A stretch of 50,254 nucleotides of DNA from IMG/VR virus record IMGVR_UViG_3300005613_000093, positions 1-50,254 of that record; one strand, written 5' to 3'. Shown in pieces: positions 1 through 7,261 of this stretch. The stretch comes from a virus (taxonomy: Duplodnaviria > Caudoviricetes). The number at the start of each line of letters is the position of its first letter. The stretch's first letter is position 1. Both the position numbers and the translations under genes were made by a program. Under the pieces are notes generated by a model. It did not search any database. It was given only the letters and a program-made list of their open reading frames with translations, and was not told where the DNA came from.

Positions 1-1
1 G

Positions 2-205
2 GCAGAAGAATTATTTACTACATATAGATTTTCTTTATCTATTCCAAATGCTCCATTAGGAGATTTAAAGGATAGTATTGCCAAGCAATGTGCCTTGATT
101 GCAGTTAAAGAAATCAAGGAAGCCATTGACTGGCACGATTACGAGTTCCCAAACGAAGAGTACGACTATTGGGAGCAAGTTCAGAAAGAAATCCAAAACC
201 TTTAA
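2..205 (+). CDS. Partial small phage protein, 5' truncated (...AKQCALIAVKEI...YWEQVQKEIQNL)
   Basis: Open frame from the window start to TAA at 203-205, translated by hand. The motif resembles small Bacteroidota phage early proteins. Confidence 0.7.
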   Translation, partial: AEELFTTYRFSLSIPNAPLGDLKDSIAKQCALIAVKEIKEAIDWHDYEFPNEEYDYWEQVQKEIQNL

Positions 206-249
206 CAACCAAAAACCATGGTCGAAACTTTAATCCTTATTAACAGCCC

Positions 250-301
250 CCGATAGGGTACATATACGCTAAAACCCAACCAGCCAACTACCGATAGGGT
301 A
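250..301. repeat. 11-bp direct repeat CCGATAGGGTA (250-260 and 291-301)
   Basis: Two exact copies 41 bp apart in an intergenic region. Confidence 0.6.
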
Positions 302-343
302 TAAATTTTAAACTAACAATTAACTCTTTAACACCAAAAACAC

Positions 344-1015
344 ATGAAAAAATCAGCACAATTAATTATGATTCCTACTAATGAAAAAGCAAATGTTGGT
401 AGTATTGTTACAAGACCTTCTGATAATAGAATGGCTATTGTAAATGTATTGACTAAAGATGACCCTCAACCTTGTATTCATCAACACCTCTACATCCTAT
501 CAGATAAAGAGATTGAAGAAGGTGATTGGTTTTATGATTTAGATACCAAGTATATTAAGATTAAACAATCTTGGGAAAATTCACATTTAGATTTTAATTG
601 CAAAAAAATCATTGCTAGTACTAATAGGTCTTTAAATACATTTATTGAATCAAAAGATGGTAATTACACTGAACATGGGCAAGGTTATTTTAAAGAATTA
701 CCTCAGCCCCCACAATCATTCATTGAACATTTTGTATCTGAATACAACAAAGGTAATGTGATTACAGAGGTGATGGTTGAGTATAAAAGTATTGGTGCTT
801 ATGCTAATCCTAAGTATGATTCTGATTACCAATTAAAAATCAATTCAGACAACACCATCAACATCAGTATGCCAAAGGATAGTTGGAGTAGAGAAGAGGT
901 TAAACAACTTTTTGATAAATGGAATGATATTGTGTATAAAGGTTATTATGTAGCAAAGAAAGACCTTGAAACAGTTTTGGATTATTCAGATAAATGGATT
1001 GAAGAAAATCTGTAA
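344..1015 (+). CDS. Hypothetical phage protein, 223 aa
   Basis: ORF with A-rich upstream region. HLYILSDKEIEEGDW and CKKIIAST motifs resemble Bacteroidota phage hypotheticals. Confidence 0.75.
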   Translation: MKKSAQLIMIPTNEKANVGSIVTRPSDNRMAIVNVLTKDDPQPCIHQHLYILSDKEIEEGDWFYDLDTKYIKIKQSWENSHLDFNCKKIIASTNRSLNTFIESKDGNYTEHGQGYFKELPQPPQSFIEHFVSEYNKGNVITEVMVEYKSIGAYANPKYDSDYQLKINSDNTINISMPKDSWSREEVKQLFDKWNDIVYKGYYVAKKDLETVLDYSDKWIEENL

Positions 1016-1018
1016 GTT

Positions 1019-1378
1019 ATGAAAGCATTTGTATTAGCAAAATTAATCTCCGCCATGATCTTTGTAGAGAGTGGTGGAGATCCTCTTAGTTTTAATGCTA
1101 GAGAGCAAGCCGCAGGTGTACTGCAAATTAGACCTATTATGGTCGCAGAGTTCAACAGAATAGGTATTGAGTTTACTTTAGAAGATAGGTACTCTAAACA
1201 AAAATCTGTTGAAGCATTTAAGAAATGGGTAGAGATTAAGAATTATACCAACCCAGAGATTATTGCTAGAAAGTGGAATGGTGGCCCTAATGGTCATCTT
1301 AAGCAATCTACATTAAACTACTGGCAAAAGGTATCTAATCTGTTTTATCCTAAATACCATAAATGCGAACTTAAATAA
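1019..1378 (+). CDS. Lysozyme-fold protein (lytic transglycosylase / i-type lysozyme-like)
   Basis: Catalytic-type Glu in MIFVESGG, GVLQI motif, C-terminal ARKWNGGPNG...YWQKV, hydrophobic N-terminus. Confidence 0.75.
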   Translation: MKAFVLAKLISAMIFVESGGDPLSFNAREQAAGVLQIRPIMVAEFNRIGIEFTLEDRYSKQKSVEAFKKWVEIKNYTNPEIIARKWNGGPNGHLKQSTLNYWQKVSNLFYPKYHKCELK

Positions 1379-1419
1379 TTAATATGGTTCCATAGCTCAG
1401 CTGGATAGAGCAACTGCCT

Positions 1420-1451
1420 TTTGCAAAATTTCCTAAGTTTTTATATATTTG
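1420..1451 (+). promoter_or_regulatory. Bacteroidota primary-sigma promoter at the intron 5' end, upstream of the HNH gene
   Basis: TTTG (1420-1423), 20-nt spacer, TATATTTG (1444-1451). Matches the -33 TTTG / -7 TAnnTTTG consensus; ATG follows 17 nt later. Confidence 0.65.
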
Positions 1452-2074
1452 TAAAAATATAAAAGAATATGGAAACAACAATGGAGCCTTTATTTTGGAA
1501 TATTGAGAAGATTATAAGTAAAGGTGATTATTATTACTGTATTGTTAAAGAACACCCAAATAGAACAAAAAACAATTATGTTCTTTTGCACAGAGTAATA
1601 ATGGAAAATCACATAGGAAAACTTCTTAATACTAATGAGATTGTACATCATAAAAATGAGAATAAAAAAGATAACAGAATTGAAAATTTAGAAATCTTTT
1701 CTGTATCAGAACATAGTAAACATCATAGGTCTAACATTGGAAGATCTATGTTAAAGTTAAAGTGTCCTGAATGTTCTACTATTTTTGTGAAAGAAAAAAG
1801 AAGCACTCATATAGGTAAAAAACAGGGAAAATATACTTGTTGTTCTCCTAAATGCAGAGGTAAATTTTCAAGAAAAATACAACTCAATAGAGAAACAAAT
1901 AAAGTGAAGAATGCTATATCGGGGAACATCCTAAGAGAGTTTAACTCTCTGGACAATCCCGAGGAAACTGTCTTATAACAGGATCCGTAGAGACTATACG
2001 CATTCCACCTGAAATGGTGAAGAGATAGTCCAGACTACAACCTGAAAAGGGCCATAGTAATATGGAGTAGTAAG
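1421..2074 (+). mobile_element. Group I self-splicing intron (654 nt) in the tRNA anticodon, carrying a homing endonuclease
   Basis: 5' exon ends in U and the intron ends in G. Core elements: P-like TATCGGGGAAC, Q AATCCCGAG, R GTAGAGACTATAC, S AAGAGATAGTCC. P3 GAATGC/GCATTC, P7 GACTA/TAGTC, plus P8 and P9 hairpins. Confidence 0.9.
1469..1978 (+). CDS. Intron-encoded HNH homing endonuclease with C-terminal Cys-rich (Zn-binding) domain
   Basis: LHRVIME...IVHHKNENKKDNRIENL HNH motif; CPEC and CCSPKC; lies inside the group I intron. Confidence 0.9.
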   Translation: METTMEPLFWNIEKIISKGDYYYCIVKEHPNRTKNNYVLLHRVIMENHIGKLLNTNEIVHHKNENKKDNRIENLEIFSVSEHSKHHRSNIGRSMLKLKCPECSTIFVKEKRSTHIGKKQGKYTCCSPKCRGKFSRKIQLNRETNKVKNAISGNILREFNSLDNPEETVL

Positions 2075-2165
2075 CTAAGCAGTAGGTCTCAGGTTCGAAT
2101 CCTGATGGGACTACAATTAAAGGTTCTTGATGTCACCTAAAGCTCAAGATTTTTTGGTACAATAG

Positions 2166-2200
2166 ATAGGGGGAGAAATCCCCCTATTTATCTTTTATTC
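2166..2200 (+). terminator. Rho-independent terminator after the tRNA
   Basis: ATAGGGGGA-GAAA-TCCCCCTAT hairpin followed by a T-rich tract. Confidence 0.8.
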
Positions 2201-2215
2201 TTTAACTTTATAAAT

Positions 2216-2482
2216 ATGCAAGAATTAGTATTTAATGACAAAAAAGTTATCTTAGAGATAGCTAAATCTATGGGTTTTTTCTTAGTTGAAGACTTATGGG
2301 ATGATGAAGGTTATCTTACATTTCAGTTAATTGGTGAGTTACATGAAAAAGAACTAACATTAACATGGAATAAAGATGAACACATCAGCCATAATTTTGC
2401 TGTAGCTTCTAAAATTCTGTTTAAAGCAGGACAAAAAGCTAAATTTTATCAAATCTCAACTTTACCTTATATAGCATTATAA
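2216..2482 (+). CDS. Hypothetical protein, 88 aa
   Basis: ORF in a tightly packed gene array. Confidence 0.7.
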   Translation: MQELVFNDKKVILEIAKSMGFFLVEDLWDDEGYLTFQLIGELHEKELTLTWNKDEHISHNFAVASKILFKAGQKAKFYQISTLPYIAL

Positions 2483-2483
2483 T

Positions 2484-2786
2484 ATGAACAAGATTAAACA
2501 ACCTAAAATTATCTTACCTCAAGAAGAACCAAAATGGAAACTTGTTAGAGGAAGAGATGGGTTAACTAGACAATCAGAAAAAATACTATGGTTGGAGTTT
2601 AATGAAGATGGAACTTTTAAATCTAAGCACGATGAACCAGCAGTTGGTAGATCATTACTTATGTCACCATTTAGTATGTTCTTTGCTTGGCAAACAACAG
2701 AAATTACTGAAATTCTAGAGCAAACAGAGGATTACCTTAAATTTAAAACACTTAACTCAACATATGAATTATGGAAGCTATCTTAA
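2484..2786 (+). CDS. Hypothetical protein, paralog of 4865..5215
   Basis: Shares MNKIKQ, WKLVR, PAxGRSLxMSPF and FKTLNSTYEL with 4865..5215. Confidence 0.8.
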   Translation: MNKIKQPKIILPQEEPKWKLVRGRDGLTRQSEKILWLEFNEDGTFKSKHDEPAVGRSLLMSPFSMFFAWQTTEITEILEQTEDYLKFKTLNSTYELWKLS

Positions 2787-2995
2787 AATTTAATCTACCA
2801 GAAGAAACTAGTGATTTTGAATTAGCAGTTAATGCAGTAAAAATGTATTCTATTATTTGGGGTCTAGACCAATGGTTACGCGGAAATACTAAGTATGCTT
2901 CAGATAATATAAGTAGTGATACTTACAAAGCATATGAGGAATGTAGAGAAAAGCTTCATGAATTAATGAGTGACTATAACATAAACTTTGACTGA
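2771..2995 (+). CDS. Hypothetical protein, 74 aa (MEAILKFNLPEE...)
   Basis: Overlapping, apparently coupled ORF. Confidence 0.7.
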   Translation: MEAILKFNLPEETSDFELAVNAVKMYSIIWGLDQWLRGNTKYASDNISSDTYKAYEECREKLHELMSDYNINFD

Positions 2996-3264
2996 TGATA
3001 CAGTATAAAAATCGCTATGGAGACATTTTCACTTTTACTAAGACTGAAGATGGAAATATACTGTGGCAAGGTAACTTTGAATATATTAGATATTCTTATT
3101 TAAATGACCTTGTTGGCAATCAACTTACTATGATTGACCCTAGTGGTGGCCCTTATTTAACAATAGGCTCAAATATGGGGCTTTTTGATGAGTCTTTTAA
3201 AGGATTATTTATTAAAGGCTTTAGTAAAACACCTGAAGGGTATTTAATAATAACTAAAGAATAA
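2995..3264 (+). CDS. Hypothetical protein, 89 aa (YKNRYGD...IDPSGGPY)
   Basis: TGATG stop/start coupling. Confidence 0.75.
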   Translation: MIQYKNRYGDIFTFTKTEDGNILWQGNFEYIRYSYLNDLVGNQLTMIDPSGGPYLTIGSNMGLFDESFKGLFIKGFSKTPEGYLIITKE

Positions 3265-3269
3265 AATTT

Positions 3270-3734
3270 ATGAACACAAACTATGAAAAGGACTTTGTGC
3301 CTTACGAACAAGCATTAGCACTTAAAGAACTTGGATTTGATGAACCTTGTTTTGGTCGATATTATTACAAGGAATCATACCCTATGTTAAATCCCCAGTC
3401 AGAAGAAACGGAACTTGTTTTTGAATTTGGTCAATATATTAAACAAACAAAAGTTACTATACTTGCCCCACTCTACCAACAAGCATTCAGATGGTTTAGA
3501 GAGAAGTATGGTCTAAGAAATTCTATTACAGATTTCATTGATGATGAAACAGGTATTGAGTGGGATTATGAAATTGCCATCATCGGGACTGATGTAGATG
3601 AAAAAGGTAATTACAATCCTATTGTAGATTATTCAACAGATGATGAAACCAGAAAATTTAAAACATACGAAGAAGCTGAACTTGCTTGTCTTAAAAAACT
3701 AATTGAATTAACCTTCAAAACCAAAAACAAATGA
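3270..3734 (+). CDS. Hypothetical phage protein (FVPYEQALALKELGFDEPC...APLYQQAFRWFREKY)
   Basis: ORF ending in the shared TFKTKxK tail. Confidence 0.75.
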   Translation: MNTNYEKDFVPYEQALALKELGFDEPCFGRYYYKESYPMLNPQSEETELVFEFGQYIKQTKVTILAPLYQQAFRWFREKYGLRNSITDFIDDETGIEWDYEIAIIGTDVDEKGNYNPIVDYSTDDETRKFKTYEEAELACLKKLIELTFKTKNK

Positions 3735-3991
3735 GCAAACAAACAGCAGTAGAATGGTTGGCAGAAAAGTACAACTATGTTACTTGGATGCGTAATCGTG
3801 ATGAAATATCAGCGGGAACGGCTGATGAATGGAGAAAGCGTTATTTAGACCAAGCCAAAGAAATGGAAAAGGAGCAGATGGAAGATGTGTGGCACGATAG
3901 CAGAGTTGAAGATTTTGGCGACGACTATATTGGAAAGCAAACATCATTTAATGATTACTACAACGAAACCTATAAAACCAAAGAGAAATGA
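3731..3991 (+). CDS. Small 'KQTAVEWL' family protein
   Basis: Similar to 4435..4650 and 4647..4868; ATGA overlaps at both ends. Confidence 0.8.
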   Translation: MSKQTAVEWLAEKYNYVTWMRNRDEISAGTADEWRKRYLDQAKEMEKEQMEDVWHDSRVEDFGDDYIGKQTSFNDYYNETYKTKEK

Positions 3992-4287
3992 AACAAGAAG
4001 AACTTTACAAGCTAGCTTCTGATTTATGGATTCAAACTTTTGAACAAGACAAAATTGACCAAGAATCAGATTTTAAATTTAGTACAGATGACAGAATGTT
4101 TTGGATTAATGGTTTTATGAAAGCCGCTAATTTGTTTGGCGATATAGATAATTTACCTAGTCCTCAACAGTTAGAAGAAAAAGGGCAATTGATGGGCGAA
4201 ATGTTTAATAAATTATTTTATAGCCAAAAAAACTTAAACCCAGAATATGGTCAAATCATTTCAGATAATTTTGACGATTTAACATGA
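3988..4287 (+). CDS. Hypothetical protein, 99 aa
   Basis: ATGA overlaps at both ends. Confidence 0.7.
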   Translation: MKQEELYKLASDLWIQTFEQDKIDQESDFKFSTDDRMFWINGFMKAANLFGDIDNLPSPQQLEEKGQLMGEMFNKLFYSQKNLNPEYGQIISDNFDDLT

Positions 4288-4448
4288 ACAACCAACAGCA
4301 GCCTAAAATAATTTTTACCACCAAAGAAGGAAATGGATTAAACGATATGAATAATGCATTTCAGAACTTTGAAAAGATATGCAATCATTATGGCTTTACA
4401 GTCCAAGATATTAAAATTGTTAAAAAGCAAGAAGATGAAACAAAGTAG
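4284..4448 (+). CDS. Small hypothetical protein, 54 aa (MNNQQQPKIIFTTKEG...), absent from the ORF track
   Basis: ATGA overlap with the upstream stop; fills the gap before ATG 4435. Confidence 0.6.
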   Translation: MNNQQQPKIIFTTKEGNGLNDMNNAFQNFEKICNHYGFTVQDIKIVKKQEDETK

Positions 4449-4650
4449 TATTGATTTCCTAGAAGATTGCTATGAAGCCGGTGGGGCAGACCAGTTTATA
4501 TGCTATACAGAATGGCCCCTAGCAAGACAATTACATAAACAAGAGATCATGGAAGCATTTTATGAAGGAATGAGATGTCAAAATTTTGACCCTAATATGG
4601 GTAGAGCAGAGCAATACTACAACGAAACCTTTAAAACCAAAAACCAATGA
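4435..4650 (+). CDS. Small 'KQTAVEWL'-related protein; start revised from 4354 to 4435 (MKQSSIDFL)
   Basis: N-terminus aligns with paralogs; shared AEQYYNETFKTK tail. Confidence 0.7.
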   Translation: MKQSSIDFLEDCYEAGGADQFICYTEWPLARQLHKQEIMEAFYEGMRCQNFDPNMGRAEQYYNETFKTKNQ

Positions 4651-4868
4651 AACAAATTAGTGCCGTAGAATGGTTAATAGAGCAATTTGAAACAATAGTA
4701 TTTTACAGTGAAGAAGCTAAAGAAAATACTATTAAACAAGCCCAACAAATGTTTGAGGAGCAGATAATTGATGCTCATATTCATGGTCATAATGCTTCAT
4801 CAAGTGTTATTAAAAAATATGATGCAGAACAATACTATAAGGAAACCTTTAAAACCAAAGAGAAATGA
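4647..4868 (+). CDS. Small 'KQTAVEWL' family protein
   Basis: MKQISAVEWL...AEQYYKETFKTKEK. Confidence 0.8.
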   Translation: MKQISAVEWLIEQFETIVFYSEEAKENTIKQAQQMFEEQIIDAHIHGHNASSSVIKKYDAEQYYKETFKTKEK

Positions 4869-5215
4869 ATAAAATTAAACAAAATAAAATCCCAATGATA
4901 TTAGAAGACAATGTATTAAAGGTTGCCGTGGAACAAGGTGTAATTGAAAAAGAGTATAATTGGAAGCTAGTTCGTGAAAAAGATAACCTAACTAAACAAT
5001 CTAAGGAAGTAATATGGATTGAATGGGATGAAAACAGTAGGTTTAAAGCAAAACATGATAAACCTGCTATTGGTCGCTCTTTAATTATGTCCCCATTTAA
5101 TGACTTTTTTACTTGGCAAACAACTGATATCAAAGAGATTCTAGAACAAAGGGAAGATTATATTAAGTTCAAGACACTAAATAGTACTTATGAATTATTT
5201 AAGACAAATGATTAA
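4865..5215 (+). CDS. Hypothetical protein, paralog of 2484..2786
   Basis: Direct sequence similarity. Confidence 0.8.
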   Translation: MNKIKQNKIPMILEDNVLKVAVEQGVIEKEYNWKLVREKDNLTKQSKEVIWIEWDENSRFKAKHDKPAIGRSLIMSPFNDFFTWQTTDIKEILEQREDYIKFKTLNSTYELFKTND

Positions 5216-5801
5216 CTCTATTTTATTTTGGAAAGGTGAAAAAAAGGGTATGATTCATACTCGTGATATTATCTTAGATGATTTTAGGTATATCTTCTTT
5301 CCTAAAGGATTTCATGAAAAGTATGGTTACTTAGGTTGCGTGCCTTATGAAAATGATGGAGATGTTTTTAAGGCGCTCTATCCTATAGTCTTAGCCATGG
5401 ATTACAAAGCCAAGCCTAAGTGGTGCCCTAGGTGGTTTTTAAGGTTCTTAGATGTATTTGGTAGTGATAAATCTATTGTTAGAGTTAGAAACCGCAGATT
5501 ACATGATTTGCACAAGAAGCTTACAAAGGGTATTACATTCTATGATTACAAAACTAAGTGGCATGATTATGATTTAAGAGTATCAATATCTGCACCACAA
5601 GACATTTGTAATCTGGAAGATGCCATTACCATTCATTTTTATGATCGAGGTTATAGACAAGAACTACTTGATGAGATTAGAGCTGTAGAACCTGATTTTA
5701 AATATGAGTGGTGGTCTACTCATAAACTGCAAGACTACAATGATACGCTTAAACCAAAAGAAGATGAAGAAGAAAATAAAACTAATGGGGATAGCTGGTA
5801 A
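5208..5801 (+). CDS. Hypothetical protein, ~197 aa (likely start MINSILFW)
   Basis: Long ORF; start chosen to minimise overlap. Confidence 0.7.
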   Translation: MINSILFWKGEKKGMIHTRDIILDDFRYIFFPKGFHEKYGYLGCVPYENDGDVFKALYPIVLAMDYKAKPKWCPRWFLRFLDVFGSDKSIVRVRNRRLHDLHKKLTKGITFYDYKTKWHDYDLRVSISAPQDICNLEDAITIHFYDRGYRQELLDEIRAVEPDFKYEWWSTHKLQDYNDTLKPKEDEEENKTNGDSW

Positions 5802-6414
5802 AGCTGGCTCAGGTAAAGATACTGTAGGTAAAATTATACAGTTTTTAACATTAGATGATGATGTATTTTCTAAAACAAATAGAGATTGTATAGCTGACTT
5901 AGAGCATAAAGCTTATTGTGCTTCTCAATCTAAGTGGAAAATTAAAAAATATGCTTCAACTCTAAAGAAAATTACTTCTATAATCCTAGGCTGTAAAGTA
6001 AATAAACTAGAAGATAGAGAGTTTAAGGAAAAAGAACTAGGTAAACAATGGCAAGTAATAGACTATACCTTAACACCAAGATTACTTTTACAAAGACTTG
6101 GAACAGATGCAGCAAGATATGTACACCCTGATATATGGGTTAATGCTCTGTTTAGTAAGTTTAAAAAGAAATCTAGGTGGATAATTACAGACGTAAGATT
6201 TGATAATGAGGTAAGAGCTATACAAGAAAGAGGTGGTATAGTAATTAGAGTTAATAGGGATAAATCAAAAGACAGCACTGAACACTCTAATCACCTATCA
6301 GAAACTGCACTAGATAACTATGAAGGATTTGACGTTATTCTTAATAATAACGATACTCTTGAAGACCTTATAGAAGAAATAAGGCAAATTTTAATCAAAT
6401 ATAAAATCAAATAA
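5764..6414 (+). CDS. Deoxynucleoside monophosphate kinase (T4 gp1-like)
   Basis: P-loop GKAGSGKDT, TPRLLLQRLGTD, ITDVRFDNE, HLSE; start revised to MKKKIKLMG. Confidence 0.88.
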   Translation: MKKKIKLMGIAGKAGSGKDTVGKIIQFLTLDDDVFSKTNRDCIADLEHKAYCASQSKWKIKKYASTLKKITSIILGCKVNKLEDREFKEKELGKQWQVIDYTLTPRLLLQRLGTDAARYVHPDIWVNALFSKFKKKSRWIITDVRFDNEVRAIQERGGIVIRVNRDKSKDSTEHSNHLSETALDNYEGFDVILNNNDTLEDLIEEIRQILIKYKIK

Positions 6415-6416
6415 AT

Positions 6417-6779
6417 ATGCAAAACGAAGTTAAAATAAAAAGAAAACTTGTTCAGCTTAATGCTATTCACCATAATGTAACTACATCATCTTATAAGTCT
6501 TTTAGGGACTTAAATAAAGATGTAAAAGTGGATTCTAGACTACTTAGCTATCTTAATAAAAATGAGATTTTAGCTAAGAAAAACAATAAAATTGTTTGGA
6601 ATAATAGCATTAAACCTAATCCTGCTTTAGCTAGAACTTATCAAAACTACATAGACCAAGTTAATAAGTACCATCGTAAATCTAGAAAAAAATCTAATGA
6701 AAAGGTACAAGTACTAGGTTCTAATCAAGACAAGAAAACTTTTAGTGTGTTTTGGGGGTTAATTAAGTTTAATTATTGA
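6417..6779 (+). CDS. Basic hypothetical protein, 120 aa
   Basis: Lys/Asn-rich ORF with C-terminal FSVFWGLIKF. Confidence 0.7.
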   Translation: MQNEVKIKRKLVQLNAIHHNVTTSSYKSFRDLNKDVKVDSRLLSYLNKNEILAKKNNKIVWNNSIKPNPALARTYQNYIDQVNKYHRKSRKKSNEKVQVLGSNQDKKTFSVFWGLIKFNY

Positions 6780-6856
6780 TTATAACACTTTTAGTCAATA
6801 TATACCTTTACAAAATGACTAAAAAGTAAACTAATAACTTTACATTTTTAAAACCC

Positions 6857-6886
6857 AAAAGCCCTACTTCGGTGGGGCTTTTTATT
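6857..6886 (+). terminator. Rho-independent terminator with C(UUCG)G loop
   Basis: AAAAGCCCTAC-TTCG-GTGGGGCTTTTT. Confidence 0.85.
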
Positions 6887-6892
6887 AAAATT

Positions 6893-7261
6893 ATGAACAA
6901 CAATATCAGTCCTTGGGTAGTTGTAGGATTGAATATGTCTAAAGAAAGTAGAATTAAATCCTTTGTAACTACCATTTGTAAACATTATAAGATATCTGAA
7001 AGTGATTTAAAGCTAAAAAGTAGAAAGCAATCAATAGTTAATGCTAAAAAAGCTTTATCTTTTTACTTACATCATAATTTTAGATTGACAGAACAGCAAA
7101 TAGCTGATGAATTTAAACTAGGTATTTCTAGAAGCTGTATTCATCATCATAAAGTAGATTTTAGAAGATTACTTGAGGTAAAAGACCCAGATGTAGTATC
7201 TTTACAGTCTAAACTAGACAACCATTTAAAAAAATACGATGATATACTTAGTTTCAAATAA
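6893..7261 (+). CDS. DnaA C-terminal (domain IV)-like HTH DNA-binding protein
   Basis: ICKHYKISESDLKLKSRKQSIVNAKKALSFYL...QIADEF...SRSCIHH resembles the DnaA domain IV pattern; start revised to ATG 6893. Confidence 0.65.
   Translation: MNNNISPWVVVGLNMSKESRIKSFVTTICKHYKISESDLKLKSRKQSIVNAKKALSFYLHHNFRLTEQQIADEFKLGISRSCIHHHKVDFRRLLEVKDPDVVSLQSKLDNHLKKYDDILSFK

Larger units (their letters stand above)
1386..2113 (+). tRNA. tRNA-Arg(UCU) interrupted by an intron; exons 1386-1420 and 2075-2113
   Basis: Joined exons give GGTTCCA/TGGGACT acceptor stem, D-arm TAGCTCAGCTGGATAGAGC, anticodon arm ACTGC-CTTCTAA-GCAGT and T-arm TCAGG-TTCGAAT-CCTGA. No encoded CCA. Confidence 0.9.
3711..4868 (+). repeat. 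Recurrent 24-bp gene-junction motif ACCT(T/A)YAAAACCAAA(G/A)A(G/C)(A/C)AATGA at 3711, 3968, 4627 and 4845
   Basis: Four near-identical copies, each ending in an ATGA stop/start overlap; weaker copies at 198-220 and 323-346. Confidence 0.8.

Noticed and set aside
218-303. Short ORF that would extend through an in-frame TAG, suggesting amber recoding as in some crAss-like phages
   Set aside because: All long genes, including 5131 aa, are open in code 11, and TAG is the apparent stop of several well-packed genes (20940, 23932, 24115, 45869).
1412-2085. Reading the spliced tRNA as an amber suppressor (CUA), since the 3' exon starts CTAA
   Set aside because: That junction gives a 6-nt anticodon loop. 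Splicing after 1420 gives the canonical 7-nt CTTCTAA loop with a UCU anticodon.
3711-4868. Junction repeats as a CRISPR array
   Set aside because: Spacing is irregular (218-659 bp), the intervening DNA is protein coding, and there are no cas genes.
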